In this document: in pieces, positions 31,032 through 40,888 of the stretch
Position numbering within the stretch: the stretch's first letter is position 1
Layout of the letters: each line of letters begins with the position of its first letter
Made by a program: the position numbers and the translations under genes
The notes under the pieces: model-generated
The model's input: only the letters and a program-made list of their open reading frames with translations
Told to the model about the DNA's origin: nothing
The model's database searches: none
DNA from: Pelagomonas calceolata
Taxonomy: Eukaryota
NCBI GenBank assembly: GCA_918797485.1
Contig: CAKKNE010000001.1
Location: 6,076,001 to 6,140,000, forward strand
Direction of reading: 5' to 3'
DNA length: 64,000 bases

Positions 31032-31694
31032 ATGCGCCGCATCTTCGGCGCCAGAAAAGCGAAAGCCCCCGCGCCGTCATTGGGAGACGCGAGCCAAAGA
31101 CTAGACGAGCGCACGACCGCGTTAGATGAAAAGATCCGCAAGCTCGACATTGAATTAGCCGGGTATAAAGAAAAACTAAAAAAAGCGCGAGGGGCTGCGC
31201 AACAAACCCTCAAACGACGAGCCATGGGCGTACTGCGGAGGAAGCGCATGTACGAGCAGCAGCGCGACCAGCTGGCGGGGCAAGCCTTTAACGTGGAACA
31301 GACGAACTTTGCTATTGATTCTGTCAAAGATACATTAACGACGGTCCAGGCCATGAAGACCGCCTCGAAGACCCTCAAGAAGGAGGTGAAGAAGGTCGAC
31401 CTGTCGCAGATCGAAGACCTGCAGGACGATTTGGCCGATATGATGGAAGATGTTAATGACGTGCAGGATGTCCTGGGTCAATCGTATGGGATTGGCGACG
31501 ACATCGACGACGCGGATCTGGACGCGGAGCTCGACGCGCTGGGCGACGACTTCGACGACGTGGCCGACGCCGACGCGACGCCCGCGTATTTGCAGCCGGC
31601 GGACCCGTCGTTGATGCCGGACCAGCCGACGGACGCGCCGGTGCAGGCCGACGACGTCGACGAGTTCGGGCTGCCCGTCGCGGCGGCTTCGTAA
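31032..31694 (+). CDS. VPS60: ESCRT-III Snf7-family protein CHMP5/Vps60
   Basis: MRRIFG, KRRAMGVLRRKRMYEQQRDQL..QAFNVEQTNF, DLDAELDAL, DEFGLP. Confidence 0.93.
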   Translation: MRRIFGARKAKAPAPSLGDASQRLDERTTALDEKIRKLDIELAGYKEKLKKARGAAQQTLKRRAMGVLRRKRMYEQQRDQLAGQAFNVEQTNFAIDSVKDTLTTVQAMKTASKTLKKEVKKVDLSQIEDLQDDLADMMEDVNDVQDVLGQSYGIGDDIDDADLDAELDALGDDFDDVADADATPAYLQPADPSLMPDQPTDAPVQADDVDEFGLPVAAAS

Positions 31695-31789
31695 GTGGCA
31701 TTTTGTAGTGATATATCATTGCCTGCTCGATTGCGTGGAGGAGACTAGTAGTGATATCTCGGACGAAGTTATCTCCCCTAGTAGAACGC

Positions 31790-32779
31790 TCAGTTCTGGC
31801 GCGGCTCGCTCACGTTCACGCGCAGCTGCCTCCCATCATGGTCCGTGCCGTCCAAGGCCTGGATCGCGGCCTGGGCCTCGTTCGACGACGAGAACGTGAC
31901 GAACCCGAAGCCGCGCGGGCGGCCCGAGTCGCGCTCGACGGGCAGGTACGTGTCCTGGACGCGGCCGAAGGGTGCAAATAAAGACTGGAGGTCCGCCTGC
32001 GTCATCTGGAAGGAGATGTTGCCCACATAAAGCTTGCAGCCCGCGCCGGCCTGGCGCCGCGACCGCCCGCCCCCGAAGGCCGAGAAGTCGACGCCCGACT
32101 GGTCGTAGCCGCCGTCGCGTGATCCCTGGCGGCGGCGGCCCCCAGAATTGTTGGTGAAGGACCCGTAGGCCGCGTCGTCCTGGCGGTAGCCGCCCCGCGA
32201 CCCGCCAGAACCGCGCTGGTTGAACGAGGAGAAGGCCGCGTCGCGGTCGTTGTCCATAGGTTGTCCATTGGCCGCGGCCTCCTCGCGCATGCGCCTCCTC
32301 TCGCTAGGCCGGATGAACTGGGGCCGCGCCTTGGGTTCCGTGCCGCCCTCCTTTTCGGCGGCGCGTTCCGCGTTCTTCTTGCGCTCGTACGCTAAGTTTT
32401 GGGCCTTGAACTTCTCGGCCAAGGCCTCGACCTCCTTCGTCTTCTCCTTAACTTTCGACTGCGCCACAGCCTTCTCGCCGGGCGTCGTCGCGTTCGCGAG
32501 CTTGTCCTGTTCGAACTTGATCTCGGCCTCGGCGGCGGCGAGCTCCTCGGCCTGCTGCTTCGTGAGGCGCTTCGGGCGCGCCTTCGCGTCGAGCTCGGCC
32601 TCCTTCTTCTTGACGTCGACGCCCTTGGCCGCGAGGATCTCTTCTCGGGTGCGCGCACCGCCGAAGATCGAGGACTTGGCGGGGCCGGACGAGGCCGCGG
32701 CGGCAGATCTGGGCGCCAGCTTCAGCCGAGGGCGCTCGCTGGGCGCTTCGCTGGAGACGGCGGCGTCAAGAGCAGACAT
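31790..32779 (-). CDS. eIF4B/eIF4H-like motifs plus C-terminal RRM RNA-binding protein
   Basis: ERPRLKLAPRS..SSIFGGARTREEIL; RNP2 KLYVGNI; RNP1 RGFGFVTF. Confidence 0.8.
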   Translation of the reverse strand: MSALDAAVSSEAPSERPRLKLAPRSAAAASSGPAKSSIFGGARTREEILAAKGVDVKKKEAELDAKARPKRLTKQQAEELAAAEAEIKFEQDKLANATTPGEKAVAQSKVKEKTKEVEALAEKFKAQNLAYERKKNAERAAEKEGGTEPKARPQFIRPSERRRMREEAAANGQPMDNDRDAAFSSFNQRGSGGSRGGYRQDDAAYGSFTNNSGGRRRQGSRDGGYDQSGVDFSAFGGGRSRRQAGAGCKLYVGNISFQMTQADLQSLFAPFGRVQDTYLPVERDSGRPRGFGFVTFSSSNEAQAAIQALDGTDHDGRQLRVNVSEPRQN

Positions 32780-32873
32780 GCTGGCTAGGCTGTCGTCTGA
32801 GTATATATCTGTCGGGCCGCTGCAATGCAGGGGTCCTAATAACTCGATCTTCGCAGCGAATTTTGGAGATTGT

Positions 32874-32896
32874 GCTAGTGTCTTACAGCCGCTAGC
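32874..32896 (-). promoter_or_regulatory. upstream motif
   Basis: Minus strand reads GCTAGCGGCTGTAAGACACTAGC, 95 bp before the minus-strand ATG at 32779. Confidence 0.75.
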
Positions 32897-32917
32897 TAAT
32901 CGACGCGGCGCGAATGA

Positions 32918-33047
32918 TAGTCCTAGCACCGTAACATCGACGACGCGAATGAAAGAAGCGGCCCGCGCCCGCCGCCGATGAATCGGCGACGCGCGGTGTC
33001 TCCCCCCCAGGGGCTCCGCCCACTAGTCCTAGCACCGTAACATCGAC
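32918..33047. repeat. 24-bp direct repeat flanking an 82-bp spacer
   Basis: TAGTCCTAGCACCGTAACATCGAC at 32918-32941 and 33024-33047. Confidence 0.9.
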
Positions 33048-33093
33048 CATCAAGCTCAGACTTGTACATTATTACTCGAAGAACAACAAGAAG

Positions 33094-35661
33094 TCAATAC
33101 CAATCCGGCGCCTCGCGACAGGCCTCGTGAAACCACCCCGCGACGGCGACGCGTCGCCCCTCCAGCGTAGGCAGGACCTCGTGCACCGACGCGGCGCTGT
33201 CGAACAGGACAAGCGTGCCGAGCGTCGGTGCGACGTCGATGATCCTCGACCCGTCCCTATCCTCCACACTTGTATACGCGGACCGAAGCTCCGCATCGAC
33301 CATGCGCCCCAGCGCCCCATGGAACGCGTCGGCGTCCAAATCCTCGCGGTCGCCGCGGGCCGCGCGCCAGGACGCCGAGTCGGCGCCGAAGGGCTCGGAC
33401 ACATAACGTCGGGCGCCGTCGCGGATGTATAGTCCGTAGAGCGCCTCGTCGTCGGCGCCGCGGACGTAGGCGTCCAGGAACACGGGTTCCGCACCCAACC
33501 AGCCCACTTGTAGGTTTCCTTCGTCCGCGCCGCAGGCGCCAGCGCTCTCGCGGCAATACGAACGAAGCTCGCCACCAACAGGCTTTTCGTTCAGGTACAC
33601 GAGCCAGCTCACCGACCGCCTCGACGTCTCGGCGAAGCCCTCGGCCTTGAACGCTTCGTGCCGTTCGTCCATGTGCAAACCGAGATAAGCCCCGGGCCCG
33701 TGCACGGAGTAGTACTGCTCGTCGGCCGAGAGGCGGCGCCCCAACTCCTCACCGAGCGCGACACGCAGGACGTCGAGGCGCCGGTCGAGCTCTGCGCGGG
33801 CCGCGCGATCGCCACCGACGCGCTTCGTGAGCGTCAGTGTCTCGCGGTCCTCGTCTCCAAAGAGCTTCGGCCTTGCCGCCTCATTCGTCACGCCAGAGCG
33901 CTCAAACAGTTCGCGCAGCGCCAGCGCGTCAGTACGCAAAGCTAGCGCGAGGTCGCGGGGCAGCCAGGACTCCTCGACGTAGACGCCGCCGCTTCGGATC
34001 ACGTCAGCAGCATTGTCATCGAGCTCGAGCGGGTCGCCGGCGTCGGCCGCCACGCCGTCGACGAGGTCGAGGCGCCGCGCGTGCAGCATTAGTCGCGGGG
34101 CGGTCGACCCTCCATACGTCGCGTCGCCAAAAATCGGATGGCCCGCGTGCTTCAGGTGCGCGCGGATCTGGTGGCGCCGGCCCGTCAGTAGGTCGACCTC
34201 GACCTTCGTCGCCGGCTTGCCATGTAAGTGCCCCGTCGCGAAGACGCGGAAAACCGACACTGCTCGTTTTCCTGTCCCGACGCCGACCACAAACCGCTCC
34301 GGATCATCAGTCAGCGGGACGTCGACGACCAACTCGGCGCCGCGGCGATATATCCCCAAGGACGCGGCAACGCGTTGCTCTTCGTGGAGCTCCCGCGCGC
34401 GCGCCGCGGCCTCCGCCGCTTGTGCATCAAAAGGCGCCCGGAGCGTCGCGTTGCGCTTGGCCACACTCCAGGGCGTCGCGAGCAGGAACTCATCTGGCGG
34501 TGTTGCGGCGCCGTACGTACGAACCCGCTTCTGTTCGCCCTCGTAGAAAGCATAAGCCGGCAGGGAAACAGGTGCGGGCGGCTCCAAGAGGCAAGGGGCG
34601 GCATCTCGGGCCGGAAACGCGTCCAGATCGATTACGCCGTCGACAATAGCCACGTACGTTTTTCGCACGTTTCTCGCGCGGAAGGCGTCGTGCGCGCGCC
34701 GCGCGGCGGGCCGCGACAGCGCCAGGGCGAGGCAACCGCTCGTCGCCGCGTCGAGCTGGTGGCAGAACTTTGCCTCTGGGTACAGCGCCTGGACGCCGTC
34801 CATCGACAGCGACGGCGGCTTATCGATGACCACATAGCTATCGCACCGGTGCAGCTCTCTCGGCCGCACCACGAGTCGCGTCGGCCCGCGCGGCGGCGCC
34901 CGAGCGGTTGGAGCGAGGGCGTGCGCCAGCCCAGCCATGGCGGCGGCGAGGCGCGGCGACCGCCGCGGCGCGCGCTTTGGCCGTTTCGGCGCCGGCGCGT
35001 CCTCGGGCACCACAATAACGTACGTCGCCGCGACGACGGCCCAGTAGGCCACGAGAAACGGAAAGCGACTCCAGGCGTCAATGGCGTCGAGGCCCGGGTC
35101 GGCGTAGAGGATGGCGTTCGCCACGTTGCCCACGAGGTGGATGCCCGAGTGCCAGCGCGCCGAGGCGTCGAGCGATCCGGCGGCGCCGAGGCGCCGCGCG
35201 CGCGCGTAGCAGCCCAGCGTGATCAGGGCGAGCGCCCAGTAGGTGGCGAGGCGCCCCGCGCCGAGCTCGCGGCACGCGCTGCGGCCCTGGTAGAGGAAGC
35301 TCAGCAGCACCCAGAGGCGGTCGAACTGGCGCTCGACGCTGCCGCGCCGCGGCTTGCGCCAATATAAAATCGACGTCGACAGCGTGCCCACGGAGATGAC
35401 GGCGTAGTCGCGCCGGGCGCACACCAATGCGACGCTCGAGCAGAGCACCGTCGTGAAGGCCCGGCGCAGGATCACGGCGCTGCAGCGCGGTGGCAGCACC
35501 AGGCCGTCCACGTCGTCGAGCCATTGCTGCAAATTGCGCCGGAGCTGCGCCGTCGACGTCTTGGTCGTGGTGCTGATGCCGCATCGATCGCTGCTCGCGC
35601 GCAGCTTCAGGCGGTCGGTGCTGCGCAATGCGGCTTTTACCTCGTCTTGGAGGCTGTCCAT
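33094..35661 (-). CDS. fusion ORF: multi-TM domain, RluA/RPUSD1-like pseudouridine synthase, 2OG-Fe(II) oxygenase
   Basis: VIDKP, FCHQLDAATSG, KTYVAIVDG, TGRRHQIRAHL..GHPIFGDATY, RLMLHA; then LHMDE, LVYLN, GGELR, HEVLP, RVAVAGWF. Confidence 0.85.
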   Translation of the reverse strand: MDSLQDEVKAALRSTDRLKLRASSDRCGISTTTKTSTAQLRRNLQQWLDDVDGLVLPPRCSAVILRRAFTTVLCSSVALVCARRDYAVISVGTLSTSILYWRKPRRGSVERQFDRLWVLLSFLYQGRSACRELGAGRLATYWALALITLGCYARARRLGAAGSLDASARWHSGIHLVGNVANAILYADPGLDAIDAWSRFPFLVAYWAVVAATYVIVVPEDAPAPKRPKRAPRRSPRLAAAMAGLAHALAPTARAPPRGPTRLVVRPRELHRCDSYVVIDKPPSLSMDGVQALYPEAKFCHQLDAATSGCLALALSRPAARRAHDAFRARNVRKTYVAIVDGVIDLDAFPARDAAPCLLEPPAPVSLPAYAFYEGEQKRVRTYGAATPPDEFLLATPWSVAKRNATLRAPFDAQAAEAAARARELHEEQRVAASLGIYRRGAELVVDVPLTDDPERFVVGVGTGKRAVSVFRVFATGHLHGKPATKVEVDLLTGRRHQIRAHLKHAGHPIFGDATYGGSTAPRLMLHARRLDLVDGVAADAGDPLELDDNAADVIRSGGVYVEESWLPRDLALALRTDALALRELFERSGVTNEAARPKLFGDEDRETLTLTKRVGGDRAARAELDRRLDVLRVALGEELGRRLSADEQYYSVHGPGAYLGLHMDERHEAFKAEGFAETSRRSVSWLVYLNEKPVGGELRSYCRESAGACGADEGNLQVGWLGAEPVFLDAYVRGADDEALYGLYIRDGARRYVSEPFGADSASWRAARGDREDLDADAFHGALGRMVDAELRSAYTSVEDRDGSRIIDVAPTLGTLVLFDSAASVHEVLPTLEGRRVAVAGWFHEACREAPDWY

Positions 35662-35777
35662 TTGTTTAGTTATTGCATAGTTTTTACGTGTGCAGCCAGT
35701 GCACTGGTTGGCAGAGCGTTGCCGCAGCTCTTGACCCCCGCTTGCGGCTGCTTCACCTCCACTTCGATTATGAAATC

Positions 35778-35801
35778 GCTAGCGGCATGTAAGGCACTAG
35801 C
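35778..35801 (+). promoter_or_regulatory. upstream motif
   Basis: GCTAGCGGCATGTAAGGCACTAGC in a divergent gap, 58 bp before ATG 35859. Confidence 0.7.
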
Positions 35802-35858
35802 ATCAAGCTCAACTTTTGCCAAGATCGCAGAGCGTAGGCTGCCCAAAGTTGCAGCACG

Positions 35859-38192
35859 ATGATGAGACTCACCTTCTTGATGGGCGTTGTCGCTTTTAGC
35901 AGCCCCCGGGCCGCGCGCGCGGGCTTCGTGATTGAGGACAGCAGCAGGGGCACCGACAACAGCAACAATTTGAGCATGGCGACCGGGGTGGCATCGCAAG
36001 GACGGCGCCAGCTCACGGGCTACGTGATGACCGACAGCAACATCTACACGGCCCGCGATGCATGGCTTGCGAACCCGACAGCCGCCGAGGCGACGTACGG
36101 CCACATCTCGACGTGGGAGACTGGGGGGGTGACGGACATGTCGTATTTGTTTTGTGCGAGTTCGAGCACTTCGGGGCTTTCTCAGGGATGCAAGACTGCC
36201 GCGGCGTCCTTCAACGAGGACATCGGCGCGTGGGACACCTCGGGCGTCACAACAATGGACTACATGTTCTACAAAGCCTCGGCCTTCGACCAGGACCTCA
36301 GCGACTGGAGGGTCGACAAGGTCACAAGCATGACATACACGTTCGCGTATTCGGCCTTTGACCAGGACCTCGGCTGGTGCTTGGACGGCGTGTACCTGTG
36401 GGGCGAGTTCTTTGGCACCCCGTGCGCGTCGACGTCGTGCGGCACTGGTGCTAACATGGCTACGCTGGTGTGTGGCGGCGAGCCGCACGACGACAGCACC
36501 ATACAAACCGCCGTAGCCACGTGGCTCGCGGACGCGACGGGCGCCGAGGCGACGTACGGCCACATTTCGACGTGGGAGACTTCCAGGGTGACGGACATGT
36601 CGTATTTGTTTCGAGGTGCATCGTCCTTCGACGAGGACATTGGCGCGTGGGACACCTCTGGCGTCATCACGATGTCCTCCATGTTCTACGAAGCCTCGTC
36701 GTTTAACCAAGACATTAGTGGTTGGGCGGTTGACAGCGTTACGAGAATGTACGAGATGTTCAAGGGCGCCTACGCCTTCGACCAGGACCTCGGCTGGTGC
36801 GTGGACTACGGCGTCAGCCTGTACGATGCGTTCGAGTACACCCCATGCGAGTCGACGTCGTGCGGTGTCACACTTGGCTGCCCGGCGCCGACGCCCGCGC
36901 CGACTATCACGCATCCTCCGACATATACAGTTGCGCCCACAGCTTCACCTCTCGTCGCCGTCGATGGCTATGGCGATAATGGCATCCGCACGGCGGTGGC
37001 AAGCTGGTCAGTATCGAACCCCGCCGCCGCCATCCGAAAGTACGGCCACATCTCGACGTGGCAGACAGGGGGCGTGACGGACATGTCGGAATTGTTTTGT
37101 ACGAATTGCGGCCTTTGGATTGCTTCGAACTTCAACGAGGACATCAGCGCGTGGGATACCTCCGGCGTCACGGATATGAAGGAGATGTTCTACAAACAAT
37201 CATCGTTTAACCAACCGATCGGCAAATGAAAAACCAGCGCTGTGAAAGACATGGATGATATGTTGAGCGACGCATCGTCGTTTAACCAGGACCTCAGCGG
37301 CTGGGACGTTGTTGCCGTGACGCGAATGGGCGACATGTTCAAGGACGCAAAGGACTTCGACCAGGACCTAGGCTGGTGCCTGGACAACGACGTGGGCCTG
37401 AAAGAGGCATTTAAAGGAACAAAGTGCGAGTCGACGTCGTGTGGTGTCGCGCAAAAGGACGTCATTGGAATTTGCGACCCAGTCGCTCGTCCGTGTCTCA
37501 TTCCCAGTGTTAGTGAGCAATGCATAATGAACTCACCAACAATAGCCATCGCCCTGGTTGTCCTTCTTGCTGGCTTCGGCGCATGCGTCTACTGGAGGAA
37601 GAAGAAGGACGAAACTTACGTCGCCGCCGCCCGCCGCCTCCTCTACAGCTGCCTCTGCTGCTGCTGTCTCTGCTGCAGGAAAAAGAAGGAACCGAGTGGC
37701 ATCAACTCCCAACCGGATTCCCCGGCGGAGTCGCCACCGGAACTTGGCCCGGAAGAGCCCGACGAGGAAGAGACACGCACCGCCGCAGAGGAAACCACGG
37801 TCGAGGAGTCCGTCGAGCCTTCGTCCCTCTCGAAGCTTACCTCGTTCCTGTTCGGGGAGCGGGAAGAGGCCCCCACGGAAGAGGCCCCCAAGGAAGAAGA
37901 AGAGGCCGCCACCCTCCCCGTCTTTGCGGAAGCCGAGGAGGAAGCAACCGAGCAACCGCCGCCTCCGCCAGCAGGGCGCTGGTTCTCGCGCGCCGAGCCT
38001 GAGCCTGCTGCGCCGAAATCCGAGGAGATGCACCAGCGGATGGCCGGTTGGTATAACAACGCGCCGGAAGCTGCCGCGCTGCGCGCGACTTGGGGCGCAT
38101 TTCCGGAACCCGACGAATTCCAGACGTGGCCCGGCTTCGTCGCCGTGACCAACGCGTTCCTCGACGCCAGCACCAGTGAGCCCGAAGCGTGA
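35859..38192 (+). pseudogene. DUF285/BspA-like repeat type-I membrane surface protein interrupted by an in-frame TGA (37227-37229)
   Basis: Signal peptide, three YGHISTW.T..VTDMS.LF / F.EDI.AWDTSGV modules, TM, Cys-rich segment and acidic tail. ORFs 35859-37229 and 37242-38192 are in the same frame. Confidence 0.75.
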
Positions 38193-38242
38193 GTCGCGCG
38201 TGTAGTTAAGACTCTTCCCTAATTTCTAAACTAGACCTTACA

Positions 38243-39244
38243 CTACGCGACCTTCTTCTTCTTCAGGTCGAACCCCTTGTGCACCGCCTTGATGGACTCG
38301 GGCCGCACGAAGTCCACCGACCCGCGCTCGAGGACGCACGCCACGACGCCGCCGTTCGCGACCTTGAAGCGCTTCCCGTCGTGCTCCGCCTCGGCGGGCA
38401 GGTACTCGCGGAAGAACGACTGGAACCAGAGCGAGTGGCCGGCGACGACGACCGTCGCCTCGGGCCGCGCCATGGCCCAATCACAAAAAGCTTTGAGCCG
38501 CTCGCCGCCGTGGCCCCGCAGCGGCTTCGTGCCCGCGTTCCGCGACGCGTCGAAGCGCTTCGGGAAGCTCAGGTCCGGCGGCACGCGCGGGAGTAGAGGC
38601 GCCTCGCCGGGCGCCGCGAGCGCGACGGTGTCCACGTTCGTCGAGATCTCCTGGAGGCAGCTTAGTATATGAATGCGCGGCGGCGGCTGCGGCCGCTGGA
38701 AGGCCACGGCCGCCGTCTGGAGCGCTCTTCTCATATTTGAGGAACATATGACCGCGGACCCGCCGCCCCGCAACGCCTCCGCGTCGGCCGCGTCGCCGCC
38801 GTCCAAGGGCCCGTCGCCCTTCAAGGCTCGTGCCAACTCCTGCGCCTGCTCCAGGCCTTCCATATTAAGGGGAGAGTCGAAAAGCACCGACCCCGGGTCG
38901 AGCGCGACCAGCATCCTTAGCTCCCGCAACAACGCGGCGACGAGCTTGAAGGGGATGAGGGGCTTGGGCCCCTTGTTGAAGACGAGGTTCCACTCGCTTT
39001 CGCCGTGTCTCAAGAACAGGAGTTTCTTGCTCTTCGTCGCGGTCTGGGCCTGCACGTCGCTTTGGGAGGGCGGTTTCCTCCGCCAGCGCTTGTCTCTGCC
39101 AACAAACATGAGGAGGAAGCCGGACGCGTAGAGGCGCGCCTTGCCGAGCAGCACGTGGATCGACGCCGCATCCAACAAAATCCACGAGCAGCACGACGCG
39201 CAGAGGAGCGCCGTCGCCACGGCCTCGTAGAGGGTGAGGGGCAT
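38243..39244 (-). CDS. histidine phosphatase (phosphoglycerate mutase family) with N-terminal TM
   Basis: LFLRHGESEWN, DSPLN..GLEQA, SSNMRRALQT, LQEIS, VVAGHSLWF. Confidence 0.9.
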   Translation of the reverse strand: MPLTLYEAVATALLCASCCSWILLDAASIHVLLGKARLYASGFLLMFVGRDKRWRRKPPSQSDVQAQTATKSKKLLFLRHGESEWNLVFNKGPKPLIPFKLVAALLRELRMLVALDPGSVLFDSPLNMEGLEQAQELARALKGDGPLDGGDAADAEALRGGGSAVICSSNMRRALQTAAVAFQRPQPPPRIHILSCLQEISTNVDTVALAAPGEAPLLPRVPPDLSFPKRFDASRNAGTKPLRGHGGERLKAFCDWAMARPEATVVVAGHSLWFQSFFREYLPAEAEHDGKRFKVANGGVVACVLERGSVDFVRPESIKAVHKGFDLKKKKVA

Positions 39245-39432
39245 CTTGGTGCAGCTGTTGCGGCGTGCGCGTGTGCTGCACGGCTGTGAAGGCGGCGGCT
39301 TTGTGTGCGGTCCCTCAGGAGCTCCTCTGCCACAGCTCTCGGTCTGCAACGGTTCAGGCACGGCGCCAGTCGTCCGCCACCAGCGCTGCGATGTGAATGC
39401 TGCGTTTTTGGCCCGGAGTCGCGCGCGGCTGG

Positions 39433-39457
39433 GCTAGCGGCCGTAAGACACTCTAGC
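39433..39457 (+). promoter_or_regulatory. upstream motif
   Basis: GCTAGCGGCCGTAAGACACTCTAGC in a divergent gap. Confidence 0.7.
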
Positions 39458-39574
39458 AAGCAAGCTAGGCGATTCGCGGCCCTCAGCCCATATATCGTTC
39501 GATACACGGCATCATAGCCTCACCGAGCTATTTCCGTCGCTACTCGCATCGCTGCGCACAGCTGCGCCCCCAGG

Positions 39575-40864
39575 ATGGCCCCCACCACTCGATCACTGCT
39601 GGCGGCTTTGGTCGTGCTACGCGCGGCCGACGCGGCAGCGGTTGACCTAAAATCTAGAGCGGGCACGGCCGCCGCGTCGCCGGCGGCCGACGAGTGCTCC
39701 CTGAGAAACTGGCCCGGCGTCCAGCCCTCCTGGCGCCACGGCGGCGCCTCCGAGCTCTGCTTCTGCGCCTACGCCGGCGGCGCGCCCCTCGACGAGTCGT
39801 GTCCCCGCTGGAAGGACTACGTGTCCGCGGACGGCACACACGCGGACAAGCTCTCGACGCACGGCCGCGCGACGGTTCAAGGCAGACGCGCCGGCAACGC
39901 GACGACCAGCAAGTACGGCTCGATGACGGACTGGGCGCTGGACCTCGGGAGCGGCTTTGGTTCAGACTGCGACGTCGCGAGGTCCCCGGGCTGTGATTCC
40001 GTCGGCGCACATGCGCTATCAATCCCTAGAAACGGCTACGCCTCGCAGTGCTGCGACGCGGATGATCCCAACTCGTTTGCGAGCTGGCTGACGTCGCGGC
40101 CGCGGGAGCTCGCGAGCACGCTCGAGGACATGATCGTGGGCGGCCTGCGGGCCGTCGGTGATGTGGACGTGCCGTCGTGCGCCGCCACCGGCAAGGAACC
40201 CACGAAATCCAACGATTGCCTGGCGCAGTGCTTCCACGTCACGCCGGACGTGTTCTATGCACATCTTCATACTACCGTCTCAGTAGCAGCAATTCGGGAG
40301 GCTCCGGTCGACTCGGGTCTCGGCCCGGCTTACAACGCCTCCGAGAGTGACAGGCGTGACAAGGGGTACTACAACGTCTGTGCTTGTGAACCCTCGGAGT
40401 GGCCTGGCCGGCGGGGCAACTGCCCGGCGGTCGCGCCGGCGGATCGATCGTATCCGCGCCTCGCGGCAATGGCGCTCTGCCTGAATCTCGCCGCGGCGGC
40501 GGGCGTCGGCGGGAGCGCTTGCGTGCTGGCCCTGGCGACAGGCACCGCAGCGTTTCACGTGCCTCGGCGGCGGCCGGTGGCACCGCGCGTCGCACCGCTC
40601 GCGGCCCTGCCCTGCCCGGCCCTGGCCCTTGGCACTGGTGAAGGCGTGCTGGACGGCACTGGCGTGGGAGTGACGGGCGTCGCCTGGGTCGACGTTTTAT
40701 ACGTCTTCTTCATCCTGGGCATTTGTGGGCTGGTGTACACCACGACGATCGATGATTTTGGATCAAATGTCGACCGAACTTCGGTGCGAATAAATGATGA
40801 GTGGGCGAAGGCGCTCGACGAACGCGAAGACGAGGACGAGCCTGAGGATCCGTTCTCGTCGTGA
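39575..40864 (+). CDS. secreted Cys-rich hypothetical protein with a C-terminal single-TM module
   Basis: Signal peptide, many Cys, YAHLHT motif; C-terminal TM and acidic tail. Confidence 0.7.
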   Translation: MAPTTRSLLAALVVLRAADAAAVDLKSRAGTAAASPAADECSLRNWPGVQPSWRHGGASELCFCAYAGGAPLDESCPRWKDYVSADGTHADKLSTHGRATVQGRRAGNATTSKYGSMTDWALDLGSGFGSDCDVARSPGCDSVGAHALSIPRNGYASQCCDADDPNSFASWLTSRPRELASTLEDMIVGGLRAVGDVDVPSCAATGKEPTKSNDCLAQCFHVTPDVFYAHLHTTVSVAAIREAPVDSGLGPAYNASESDRRDKGYYNVCACEPSEWPGRRGNCPAVAPADRSYPRLAAMALCLNLAAAAGVGGSACVLALATGTAAFHVPRRRPVAPRVAPLAALPCPALALGTGEGVLDGTGVGVTGVAWVDVLYVFFILGICGLVYTTTIDDFGSNVDRTSVRINDEWAKALDEREDEDEPEDPFSS

Positions 40865-40888
40865 GTAATCTATTTGTATGTGACCTAC

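Noticed and set aside
32918..33047. CRISPR-like repeat-spacer array
   Set aside because: Only two repeats, an 82-bp spacer, a eukaryotic context and no cas genes.
37227..37229. Selenocysteine or genetic-code reassignment at the in-frame TGA
   Set aside because: The position aligns with Trp, not Cys. The downstream gap is about 50 bp with no evident SECIS. TGA serves as a normal stop in many other genes here.
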